Source: an uncultured virus (IMG/VR IMGVR_UViG_3300044701_002726) (lineage: Duplodnaviria > Heunggongvirae > Uroviricota > Caudoviricetes). Taken from it: a stretch of DNA of 58,842 nt. Within the stretch, counting starts at the first letter, position 1, and each line of letters begins with the position of its first letter. A program made the position numbers and the translations under genes. The notes beneath the pieces are model-generated. The model saw nothing but the letters and a program-made list of their open reading frames with translations. It did no database searches and was not told the DNA's origin. The DNA lies in the IMG/VR virus record IMGVR_UViG_3300044701_002726. One strand, given 5' to 3'. Below, piece by piece: positions 38,038 to 45,385 of the stretch.

Positions 38038-39245
38038 TTGATTGCTTCCACTCTAAAATTAGGTCCATCATGTCCAAGAATTTGTTCTTGCATAAATTTT
38101 ATGTCTCTAAATCCAGCACCAACTAAATGATCATACACTATTTCTGGATACCATCCAAAAAGATGTGGGCTAGTAATCTCTTCAGGATCACCAGAATGTC
38201 TAGTATTTACTGTGCCATAGATAGAAGTCAACAATCTATAACGCATCATTTTATCATTAGTGCTTATGAATTGTCTACACAATTCTTCAATATTTGGCAT
38301 CTCCATAATTAATTTGCCATTAGGTTTTAACACCCTTTTCCACTCAACAAGTGTCTTCATTATTTTAAATGGACTGATATGTTCAAAGACATGTGATGCT
38401 AAAATTTCATCTGCATAATTGTCACTGAAATCTAACTTTGTTATATCCATTTTTAGATCAGCTCTTTCATCATACAAGTCAATATTCAAGTAATCATCAT
38501 ATGGAAGAGGCCCAGAACCTAAATTTAATTTTGCATTTTTAAGATGACGATCATAAATTATAATTTTATTACGATTCAACACATCTTTGTAAGTTGGCAC
38601 TTTTGTTAGAAAAGTCTGACTAGATTTGTGAAAGATTGGAACTGTACCATTGTATCCAGTTTTTGTATTTTCCCAATTTCCAGCTTGTTTTAATTCAAAC
38701 CCACTATTTAAAGCACGCAAACAATAATCTATGTCTTCACAATTGCCTGGGGAAAAAACTTCATCTAATAGACCAATTTTGTTGATAACTTTTCTATCTA
38801 TCATAACGCAAAAGAAAAAAAGTAAATCTTTCTTCAAGTGCTTATCAGTCAACAACAAAGGACCAGTAATGCCAACTCTTTCATTTTCTAAAAATGGTTG
38901 CTCTAACATCTTTAACCAATAATCTTTGACTTGATCTAGGAGAACACAGTCATTATTCAATAAAATAATTTTTTCTCCAGTCGATATCTTTATCCCTTCA
39001 TTTATAGCTTTAGGATAACCAATTGCTTCATTGAACCAAACAGTTTTAAAGTTATTTGGCAAATTTTTTTCTGTGAAAAATGTTTTTAAATCTTGTAGAA
39101 ACAATTCAGTATTATCTTTGCATCCATTAGCAGAAATAATAAGTTCTATGTTTTCTATAGTTGTATGACGAATAATAGACTCAACACATGGGATTAAAAA
39201 TTCATTACAATAGTCATATGTTGGAATGATTATGGAATATTTCAA
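38034..39245 (-). CDS. GT2 glycosyltransferase fused to SAM methyltransferase
   Basis: SIIIPTY, LLNND, CEDIDYC; LNLGSG, HVFEH, RVLKPNG; N-terminus paralogous to neighbour. Confidence 0.85.
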   Translation of the reverse strand: MKYSIIIPTYDYCNEFLIPCVESIIRHTTIENIELIISANGCKDNTELFLQDLKTFFTEKNLPNNFKTVWFNEAIGYPKAINEGIKISTGEKIILLNNDCVLLDQVKDYWLKMLEQPFLENERVGITGPLLLTDKHLKKDLLFFFCVMIDRKVINKIGLLDEVFSPGNCEDIDYCLRALNSGFELKQAGNWENTKTGYNGTVPIFHKSSQTFLTKVPTYKDVLNRNKIIIYDRHLKNAKLNLGSGPLPYDDYLNIDLYDERADLKMDITKLDFSDNYADEILASHVFEHISPFKIMKTLVEWKRVLKPNGKLIMEMPNIEELCRQFISTNDKMMRYRLLTSIYGTVNTRHSGDPEEITSPHLFGWYPEIVYDHLVGAGFRDIKFMQEQILGHDGPNFRVEAIK

Positions 39246-40003
39246 AGTTTCTCCAAAGTCAAATTAGTTTTTGTCATATCAGCACAAGTATATTTCTGAT
39301 ATGAACACTTCAAGTTTTCAGGCATTTCAATTTCTCGTATATCATTTGTATATAATTTAGCAACATCTAAGAAACTCATAGTAGTACCAGTGCCAAGATT
39401 CCATACGCCAGATTCTTGTACATCTAGAAATTTTTCATGGTAGTCTACAATTTGATCGACATGCACAAAGTCTCTTTTGTAATTCTCACTATCTTTAAAT
39501 ACTTTCACATAGCCTAACTTTTCATGCTGAATTTTAAATTGTGTAAAAGGACTTGCTTGGGAACCTTTGTGTTCTTCATTAGAACCGTACACATTAAAAT
39601 AACGAAAAATTTGTGTGGTATGCTTTGATGGATTATTTTTTACATAACGCTCAAACATATATTTAGACCATGAATATGGAGTTCTAGGATCAACAGGTGA
39701 TTCTTCAGTAAACTCAGTATTCATTCCATAAACAGATGCTGAACTTGCAAACTGAAATTTTTTACCAGACAACTTACATAGATTATAAAGTTTTATTGAA
39801 AAATCATAGTTTTGTCTGAATATCTTGTCTACATCTTTTTCAGTAGTAGAACTAATACCACCAACATGAATTACCCATTCAACCATAGTGATGTCTGGAA
39901 ATTCTCTTCCCCATTCATAGGTAACAACATCATGCTTGTCTTTAAGCCTGTTTAATAAGTGTGACCCAATAAAGCCTTTGTGTCCTGTAATTAGTATTTT
40001 CAT
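39242..40003 (-). CDS. hldD: ADP-L-glycero-D-manno-heptose 6-epimerase (HldD/RfaD-like)
   Basis: ITGHKGFIG, ISSTTE, ASSASVYG, YSWSK, RYFNVYG.NEEHKG.QAS, RDFVHV. Confidence 0.8.
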   Translation of the reverse strand: MKILITGHKGFIGSHLLNRLKDKHDVVTYEWGREFPDITMVEWVIHVGGISSTTEKDVDKIFRQNYDFSIKLYNLCKLSGKKFQFASSASVYGMNTEFTEESPVDPRTPYSWSKYMFERYVKNNPSKHTTQIFRYFNVYGSNEEHKGSQASPFTQFKIQHEKLGYVKVFKDSENYKRDFVHVDQIVDYHEKFLDVQESGVWNLGTGTTMSFLDVAKLYTNDIREIEMPENLKCSYQKYTCADMTKTNLTLEKL

Positions 40004-40356
40004 TTCTGTGAATCTCCTGGCAAAACTCTATAGTTATCTTCAACGGAATCAGGAGTAGACACTTCTAGAATTGTTCCTTCTTTATAACAAACAACTTGAT
40101 GTGGGAAAAGTGGATCGTTATGCCATACATCACCTGCTTTCAAAACTTTTTCTTCAAGTTTAGCATTTTCAGTATTGATCCAACGAACAACAAATTCCCC
40201 ACTCATTACATACCAAGTCTCAATCTTTTCTTTATGAAAATGCATTGAGAATTTAGCAGCTTTCTTAAAATGCATGAATTTACTACAATAGTGATCGTTA
40301 GTAACCCAGATTTCTTCTGATCCCCAACCTTTTTCTACTTTACCTTCTAGTCGCAT
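40000..40356 (-). CDS. Cupin sugar-isomerase-like protein
   Basis: KGWGSE, FSMHFHKEK.ETWYV..G, PHQ, EVST. Confidence 0.75.
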   Translation of the reverse strand: MRLEGKVEKGWGSEEIWVTNDHYCSKFMHFKKAAKFSMHFHKEKIETWYVMSGEFVVRWINTENAKLEEKVLKAGDVWHNDPLFPHQVVCYKEGTILEVSTPDSVEDNYRVLPGDSQK

Positions 40357-41105
40357 ATCTCATCCAATGTCGGTGCATACACACCCATATGTTGAACAGT
40401 AATTGATGATGCTTTGTTTGCAAATTCTATTGCAGAACCTACATGGTTTGTTAGCAGATAGTTATAAACTAATGCTGCAAGAAAAGTATCACCTGCACCA
40501 CATACATCAGATACTTCTACAGGTTTTGCACTAAAGAATTTGCTTTTATATGTAGCACCTTTGTCACCAAGAGTAACAATCAAGTCAGAACAATATGACT
40601 TTGCTTGTTGATATTCTTTGTTGTTGATTTTAACAAAACAGCCTTCGAATCTAGAAAGTTCTGTCTTTTTAGTATCAATGAATATTGGGCAAGTTTGTTC
40701 TTGTCTTGTCTGTTCGATAAGTCCATAAGAAACACATCCCTTGTTGTAGTCAGAAAACACAATGGCGTCATATTTTTTATCTTTCAAGTTTAAAGTAAGT
40801 TCTTTTGATTCAACATCTTCATCTATGCGTAAAAGGTGCTGATTACTTTTGAGATCAATGAGTCTTGTTTTCTTAGAAGGTGCGCCAACTACCATATCGA
40901 CATCACAATTCAATGCCAATAGATTATTGCCAACATTAGAAGCCATACCTAATTTTAATTCTTGTTTTTCTGGAACAAAAATTGGTACTGGAGCTTCAGG
41001 ACTTAGTTTAGTGACATTACCGTACTGATAGATATCAATACAAGTATCACCGACTAATAATATCTTGAATTTTTTTTGTTGTGGAATATTCTTCAATTCG
41101 ATCAA
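40347..41105 (-). CDS. hldA: Heptose-7-phosphate kinase (RfaE domain I/HldA, PfkB family)
   Basis: LSPEAPVP, GMASNV, LLRID, SDYNKG, DVCGAGDTF. Confidence 0.85.
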   Translation of the reverse strand: MIELKNIPQQKKFKILLVGDTCIDIYQYGNVTKLSPEAPVPIFVPEKQELKLGMASNVGNNLLALNCDVDMVVGAPSKKTRLIDLKSNQHLLRIDEDVESKELTLNLKDKKYDAIVFSDYNKGCVSYGLIEQTRQEQTCPIFIDTKKTELSRFEGCFVKINNKEYQQAKSYCSDLIVTLGDKGATYKSKFFSAKPVEVSDVCGAGDTFLAALVYNYLLTNHVGSAIEFANKASSITVQHMGVYAPTLDEICD

Positions 41106-41439
41106 AATAAATCACCTGTTTACAATATTTTTCACCTGTAATACTCTTACCTCTATAATCAGAACCTTTCACCATTATATCACATTCTTTGATGAAGTCA
41201 ATCAATTCTTCTTTACTATCAAACAATCTTACCTCATCTACAGCCTTGAGGTTTTCCAACATCATTTTTCTTTCATACTGATTATTTATTGGTCTTTCAG
41301 AACCCTTTAGTTCTTTCACTCGACGATCCGTATCGATGCAAACCAAAAGAAAATCTCCCAAACTTCTCGCAAAGTTTAGGAGCTCTAAATGACCAACATG
41401 TAATATATCAAATGTACCGTTTACAATAATTTTCTTCAT
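41047..41439 (-). CDS. hldC: Heptose-1-phosphate adenylyltransferase (RfaE domain II/HldC)
   Basis: NGTFDILHVGH, VKELKG.ERPIN, VKGSDY, YSTT. Confidence 0.85.
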   Translation of the reverse strand: MKKIIVNGTFDILHVGHLELLNFARSLGDFLLVCIDTDRRVKELKGSERPINNQYERKMMLENLKAVDEVRLFDSKEELIDFIKECDIMVKGSDYRGKSITGEKYCKQVIYFDRIEEYSTTKKIQDIISR

Positions 41440-41444
41440 ATAAG

Positions 41445-41452
41445 TATTTATG
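41445..41452 (-). promoter_or_regulatory. Late promoter variant CATAAATA heading the heptose/GT operon
   Basis: A few nt upstream of ATG 41439; overlaps tRNA-Arg CCA. Confidence 0.55.
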
Positions 41453-41525
41453 GCACCACTGAGAGGAATCGAACCCCTATTCTAGGTTTAGAAGACCCAT
41501 GTCCTATCCGTTGAACGACAGTGGT
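41451..41525 (-). tRNA. tRNA-Arg(TCT)
   Basis: Cloverleaf, anticodon loop CT-TCT-AA, CCA. Confidence 0.92.
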
Positions 41526-41530
41526 ATATC

Positions 41531-41613
41531 TGGTGCGAGTGGAGGGATTCGAACCCTCAATCCAAAGGCGGCAGATTTTAAGTCTGCTGTGTATACCGTT
41601 CCACCACACTCGC
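41531..41613 (-). tRNA. tRNA-Leu(TAA)
   Basis: Loop CT-TAA-AA, variable arm, CCA. Confidence 0.93.
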
Positions 41614-41658
41614 AATAAAAACATTATAACATAAATTTGTGTTGTTTACAGGTAATAT

Positions 41659-41735
41659 TGGTGCCTCAGGAGAGATTCGAACTCTCAGAATCTTGCTTCT
41701 AAGGCAAGCATGTTTACCAATTTCATCACCGAGGC
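41659..41735 (-). tRNA. tRNA-Leu(TAG), short variable region
   Basis: CTTGC-CTTAGAA-GCAAG, CCA. Confidence 0.9.
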
Positions 41736-41737
41736 AT

Positions 41738-41813
41738 TGGTGCGACCTAGAGGAATCGAACCTCTTTCCATGGCTCTTCAGGCCACTGCTATGACCACAT
41801 CAGCTAAAGTCGC
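41738..41813 (-). tRNA. tRNA-Phe(GAA)
   Basis: Loop CT-GAA-GA, CCA. Confidence 0.92.
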
Positions 41814-41814
41814 A

Positions 41815-41889
41815 TGGTGCATCGTGAAGGTTACGCTCCCTCTACCCTCTGCTTGTAAGGCAGACGCTCTACTATTGAGCTAACGATGC
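41815..41889 (-). tRNA. tRNA-Val(TAC), non-canonical T-loop
   Basis: Loop CT-TAC-AA; T-loop AGCGTAA; CCA. Confidence 0.88.
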
Positions 41890-41890
41890 A

Positions 41891-41966
41891 TGGGGTGTCC
41901 TATGAGGATCGAACTCATACTCTCTCGTTCACAGCAAGAGGTGCAGACCACTACACTAAGGACACC
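41891..41966 (-). tRNA. tRNA-His(GTG)
   Basis: Loop CT-GTG-AA; G-1:C73; CCA. Confidence 0.92.
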
Positions 41967-41975
41967 AAGAGCATT

Positions 41976-42049
41976 TGGAGCGGCTAAAGAGAATCGAACT
42001 CTTAACTTCTGCTTGGAAGGCAGTGGTTTTACCATTAAACTACAGCCGC
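41976..42049 (-). tRNA. tRNA-Gly(TCC)
   Basis: Loop CT-TCC-AA; U73; CCA. Confidence 0.92.
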
Positions 42050-42054
42050 TTATT

Positions 42055-42363
42055 TTAATCCCAGGATGGATATCCGCCTTGAATACAAATCATCTTCATC
42101 GGACCAGAATAATCTTTCCACTCAATTACTTTACCATTCTTATCAAGAGGCCTTAGATCAGGTAGAGCAAATGTCGTTCTACCATCTCCGCCATACTTTG
42201 TACCAATAATGGAAAAGAGTGCTTCATTTCCTTTTACTTGCATGATTTGCCCACTACAAGGTGCCCAATAACGAACACCTCTATAACCAGCAAATTCTGA
42301 AATTGAACCAAGCATATCACCATCCCATGATATACCAACTGTCTGTAATAATTTTTTAATCAT
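42055..42363 (-). CDS. Stand-alone phage tail collar domain protein
   Basis: GSISEFAG...WAPCSGQ...NEALFSIIGTKYGGDGRTTFALPDLR. Confidence 0.85.
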   Translation of the reverse strand: MIKKLLQTVGISWDGDMLGSISEFAGYRGVRYWAPCSGQIMQVKGNEALFSIIGTKYGGDGRTTFALPDLRPLDKNGKVIEWKDYSGPMKMICIQGGYPSWD

Positions 42364-42372
42364 ATTTTCTCC

Positions 42373-42840
42373 TTAAGCAGCTAAACTTTTGTAACGATCA
42401 GCAGCATATGATGCCGCAAACGCTCTTGGTTTTACCATAGGAATTACATTACAAGTTCCACGAATATAACCAATTGCTTCATTGATCACGCAATTTGAAC
42501 CATGCATTTCACTTGGGTTGATATCAAGGTGGACTTCTACATCACGACCTTCTAGAACATCAGCCAACTTTAAATACATTTCAGATACCTTGTATACTTC
42601 ATTCATCAAACGGTATCTCGGACGATCTTCTTTTTGGTCATAGTCTCTTTCACGAACAACTTCACCAAAAAGTTTGCAACCGTGTTTTCCATCTTTGTGA
42701 ACAACTATAGCAATTATATAGTCAGCATGCCACACTTCATTCACTCTTAATCTTTCAGAATCACATCCAAGATAAATTTTTGTTTCTGGCGATTGTCTTG
42801 AGATGTAATCTTTCACTTCTTGTAAATTTATCTTGAACAT
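42373..42840 (-). CDS. RNase H-like (YkuK/DUF458-type) protein
   Basis: IYLGCDS, IVVH..GKHG, RLMNEV, EVHLDIN, KP.AFAASYAAD. Confidence 0.75.
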   Translation of the reverse strand: MFKINLQEVKDYISRQSPETKIYLGCDSERLRVNEVWHADYIIAIVVHKDGKHGCKLFGEVVRERDYDQKEDRPRYRLMNEVYKVSEMYLKLADVLEGRDVEVHLDINPSEMHGSNCVINEAIGYIRGTCNVIPMVKPRAFAASYAADRYKSLAA

Positions 42841-42854
42841 GATATCTCCTTAAT

Positions 42855-42928
42855 TGGCCTCGGTGGACAGAATCGAACTGCCATGACTGGTTTTGGAGAC
42901 CAGCGTAATGCCTTTATACGACACCGAG
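42855..42928 (-). tRNA. tRNA-Trp(CCA)
   Basis: CTGGT-CTCCAAA-ACCAG; CCA. Confidence 0.92.
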
Positions 42929-42945
42929 ATTAAAACTACTTATAA

Positions 42946-43019
42946 TGGTCCTTCCTGATGGTTACGATCCACCGTCTAGCGGTTATCAACCGCTTGCTCT
43001 GCCATTGAGCTAAGGAAGG
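42946..43019 (-). tRNA. tRNA-Ile(GAT), non-canonical T-loop
   Basis: Loop TT-GAT-AA; T-loop ATCGTAA. Confidence 0.9.
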
Positions 43020-43021
43020 AT

Positions 43022-43096
43022 TGGCACCACCTAAAGGAATCAAACCCTTTCTACAATGTCCGTAGCATTGCGTGCTATTCAGTACACTAAGGTGGT
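43022..43096 (-). tRNA. tRNA-Arg(ACG)
   Basis: CAATG-CTACGGA-CATTG; CCA. Confidence 0.9.
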
Positions 43097-43103
43097 ATAA
43101 TTA

Positions 43104-43180
43104 TGGTCTGGGTAGAGAGGATCGAACTCCCGACCTCCTGCTCCCAAAGCAGGCGCACTACCTGGCTGTGCTATACCCAG
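43104..43180 (-). tRNA. tRNA-Pro(TGG)
   Basis: CCTGC-TTTGGGA-GCAGG; CCA. Confidence 0.93.
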
Positions 43181-43189
43181 ACGAAACTT

Positions 43190-43264
43190 TGGTGCCCCCG
43201 GAGAGATTTGAACTCCCGACCGCTCGCTTACAAGGCGAGAACTCTACCACTGAGCTACAGGGGC
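43190..43264 (-). tRNA. tRNA-Thr(TGT)
   Basis: CTCGC-CTTGTAA-GCGAG; CCA. Confidence 0.93.
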
Positions 43265-43269
43265 AAAAC

Positions 43270-43346
43270 TGGTGGCGATGGAAGGATTCGAGCCTTCGAT
43301 CTTTTCCGTATGAAGGAACTGCATTTGACCGCTATGCTACATCGCC
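43270..43346 (-). tRNA. tRNA-Met(CAT), elongator-type
   Basis: Loop TT-CAT-AC; paired G1-C72; CCA. Confidence 0.88.
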
Positions 43347-43516
43347 ATTAGTGAGAGTACTATCATATCTGTTTAAGGACACTTTTCAGTCCTCTCTGCA
43401 TCCCTTAGACTCACCACAAGTCTCGCACCAACGGCGTGGATTCATGCAAAGATGAGTACTACCACGATAGTCTGGCTGCTGGTTAGGCACTTCGTTCTAC
43501 AGACTCTCACTAATGG
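43345..43516 (-). ncRNA. Structured inter-tRNA element closed by a 14-bp terminal stem
   Basis: CCATTAGTGAGAGT...ACTCTCACTAATGG with several internal hairpins. Confidence 0.55.
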
Positions 43517-43588
43517 CTCCAGAGGTAGGGATCGAACCTACGACACACGGATTAACAGTCCGCTGATCTACCGCTGATCTACTCTGGA
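43514..43588 (-). tRNA. tRNA-Asn(GTT)
   Basis: GCGGA-CTGTTAA-TCCGT; CCA. Confidence 0.93.
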
Positions 43589-43590
43589 AC

Positions 43591-43782
43591 AGGTGCTTCC
43601 TCTCTGCGGTGGTAATTATAGTGTCTCCAGTTTCGAACCCTTCAACGACACCTTCCACCCACTTCACGACCAAAGAGAATTCTCGCATTGCCAGCGCCAT
43701 TTGCTCCAAATGGTAAGGTCCTGTGGGTATCACACCACTTCTCGACATGCGGACCACACTAGCCGTTGATTAGACGGCACGT
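43591..43782 (-). ncRNA. Large multi-stem ncRNA (~190 nt), possibly the manA RNA motif
   Basis: Stems GCCGT/ACGGC, GGTCC/GGACC, CCATTT/AAATGG, GTGTC/GACAC, closing GTGC/GCAC; size and tRNA-array context fit manA. Confidence 0.55.
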
Positions 43783-43783
43783 T

Positions 43784-43857
43784 TGGTAGCGGGTAGCCGA
43801 ATTGCACGACTAACTACAGCTTATGAGACTGTCGAGATACTATTTCTCTAACCCGCA
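43784..43857 (-). tRNA. tRNA-Met(CAT), initiator-like
   Basis: Unpaired 1:72, loop CT-CAT-AA, T-loop TGCAATT; lacks the three G-C anticodon-stem pairs. Confidence 0.82.
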
Positions 43858-43863
43858 ACAACT

Positions 43864-43938
43864 TGGCACCGTAGACGGGAATCGAACCCGCCGCAGTCTC
43901 ATAGACAGTGAGATATCACCCCAGGTGGCCTCTACGGT
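43864..43938 (-). tRNA. tRNA-Asp(GTC)
   Basis: TCTCA-CTGTCTA-TGAGA; G73; weak D-arm. Confidence 0.87.
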
Positions 43939-43943
43939 ATGAA

Positions 43944-44018
43944 TGGTAGGCGCACGGAGAATCGAACTCCGGTCAATAGATTAAAAGTCTACTGCTTTAA
44001 CCCCTAAGCTATACGCCC
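43944..44018 (-). tRNA. tRNA-Lys(TTT)
   Basis: Loop CT-TTT-AA; CCA. Confidence 0.92.
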
Positions 44019-44024
44019 AAAATT

Positions 44025-44132
44025 TGGTGCTATGTCCAACCTTGCAAGTAGGACTCTAATCGCAGTTTGAGAGGCATCGTTCCTAGGATCGAGAGGCACA
44101 TCCTGCCACAGCGTAAAGCGACGCTGTGCATC
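44025..44132 (-). ncRNA. Non-tRNA structured RNA ending in ACCA
   Basis: Hairpins ACAGCGT/ACGCTGT, AGGAT/ATCCT, GTCC/GGAC; TGCCTCTC twice. Confidence 0.5.
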
Positions 44133-44133
44133 T

Positions 44134-44209
44134 TGGTGGAGAGTATCGGGTTCGAACCGATGACCTCCTGCTTGCAAAGCAGGCGTTCTCCCAACTGAAC
44201 TAACTCCCC
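44134..44209 (-). tRNA. tRNA-Ala(TGC)
   Basis: CCTGC-TTTGCAA-GCAGG; G3.U70; CCA. Confidence 0.94.
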
Positions 44210-44270
44210 ATATTGAAACACACTATGCCACGCTCTGAACCTGGACTCTTAGTAATGTGTTCGAATATGG
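44208..44270. repeat. Hairpin cassette copy 1
   Basis: CCATATTGAAACACACT...AATGTGTTCGAATATGG. Confidence 0.75.
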
Positions 44271-44432
44271 TGTTGCTTGTTCCCGTCCGTCGGGCCAATG
44301 TGTCGGGCTTTATTGCTCTCTACCTATTCAGCCATTCCCATCGTCGAGAGTCAATGGGAAACATCTTGACACACCATCTAACTTAGATTACTTTGCCATT
44401 AGGCGTTTCATCTACTAGCAGTCAGCAAACCA
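44268..44432 (-). ncRNA. Non-tRNA structured RNA (~160 nt) ending in ACCA
   Basis: Stems TTGCT/AGCAA, TGTGTC/GACACA, TTCCCAT/ATGGGAA, ATCTA/TAGAT. Confidence 0.5.
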
Positions 44433-44537
44433 TATTGAAGCACACTGACAGTATCGAAACTGCCCACACCGCCGAAAGACGATGCTAGGTCCACTCCCAA
44501 GGCCGGCGCCGTCTAGCCTTAGTGTGCTTCAATATGG
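44430..44537. repeat. Hairpin cassette copy 2 (perfect 17-bp terminal inverted repeat, internal T-arm-like hairpin)
   Basis: CCATATTGAAGCACACT...AGTGTGCTTCAATATGG. Confidence 0.85.
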
Positions 44538-44646
44538 TGACCGGTGCTGTTTTTCCGGCTTTGCTGGTTTTGTCCTTTTGGGCTTGTCCAGCGGAACACC
44601 ACGGCTTTTCACCGTTGATCCTGCGTATCAGCCTACGCCTTCACCA
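44535..44646 (-). ncRNA. Non-tRNA structured RNA (~110 nt) ending in ACCA
   Basis: TGGTGA/TCACCA closure; GCGTA/TACGC, ACGG/CCGT, GCTGG/CCAGC, CCGG/CCGG hairpins. Confidence 0.5.
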
Positions 44647-44722
44647 TATTGAAGCACACTTAGACTACTACCCTACTCGATCATAGACTTTCAGAGCTTC
44701 ACCCAAATGTGCTTCAATATGG
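44644..44722. repeat. Hairpin cassette copy 3
   Basis: CCATATTGAAGCACACTT...AAATGTGCTTCAATATGG. Confidence 0.85.
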
Positions 44723-44807
44723 TGGGTGGTGATGGTAACGCTCCACGAGGCAACTTCCGATCTTATTATGCCGACGGTTTTACAGACCGCTGACCGGGGC
44801 ACCACCC
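44720..44807 (-). tRNA. Atypical tRNA-Tyr(GTA): no D-arm, 8/4 fold, long variable arm
   Basis: GCGGT-CTGTAAA-ACCGT anticodon arm; GGGTGGTG/CACCACCC-A-CCA acceptor. Confidence 0.7.
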
Positions 44808-44815
44808 ATATTCTT

Positions 44816-44938
44816 CCATTTGAAATGCTGACTGCACTATTTGCTATGTCGCACCAGACTTATCATGATTTACTGGTATATTGTCATAGTTACTCAGGTT
44901 TGATCATACCCGTGGCTTACAATCAGCATATCAAATGG
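44816..44938. repeat. Hairpin cassette copy 4 (diverged)
   Basis: CCATTTGAAATGCTGACTG...CAATCAGCATATCAAATGG. Confidence 0.65.
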
Positions 44939-45011
44939 TACACCTAGGGGGAATCGAACCCGCCGTTTATGCCTTGAAAGGGCATCGTCCTAACCGTTAG
45001 ACGATAGGTGC
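44936..45011 (-). tRNA. tRNA-Glu(TTC)
   Basis: ATGCC-CTTTCAA-GGCAT; CCA. Confidence 0.92.
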
Positions 45012-45026
45012 AAGTAACAACACAAA

Positions 45027-45039
45027 TTTTTAAAGAACA
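45027..45039 (-). promoter_or_regulatory. rrn-type boxA antitermination element
   Basis: TGTTCTTTAAAAA between promoter and first tRNA. Confidence 0.75.
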
Positions 45040-45060
45040 ATTCATCACATCATGTAGATC

Positions 45061-45113
45061 ATTATACACTAAACCTACGAATTGTCAACTACTACTGTTG
45101 TAAAAAAACAACA
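45061..45113 (-). promoter_or_regulatory. Internal tRNA-array promoter TTGACA-N16-TATAAT with TGTTG-N8-CAACA box (45096-45113)
   Basis: Motifs read directly. Confidence 0.82.
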
Positions 45114-45116
45114 AAG

Positions 45117-45194
45117 TGGAAGTACGGGTCGGATTCGAACCGACGAATCGTGAGTTTTGCAGGCTCCGCCATTAGACCGCTCTGGTACCGTACT
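45117..45194 (-). tRNA. tRNA-Cys(GCA)
   Basis: Loop CT-GCA-AA; U73; CCA. Confidence 0.9.
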
Positions 45195-45199
45195 ATAAC

Positions 45200-45289
45200 T
45201 GGTGGAGAATCAGGGAGTCGAACCCTGTGACCCTATTTCTAGAATCTACGGATTAGCAATCCGCTGCATTACCATCCTGCCCATTCTCC
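45200..45289 (-). tRNA. tRNA-Ser(GCT)
   Basis: Loop TT-GCT-AA; long variable arm; CCA. Confidence 0.92.
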
Positions 45290-45293
45290 GAAT

Positions 45294-45385
45294 TGGTGGA
45301 AGCGGTGAGATTCGAACTCACGGGCCACTTTCATGACCGACAGTTTTCAAGACTGTTGCAATAAACCGGACTCTGCCACACTTCC
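45294..45385 (-). tRNA. tRNA-Ser(TGA)
   Basis: Loop CT-TGA-AA; long variable arm; CCA. Confidence 0.92.
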
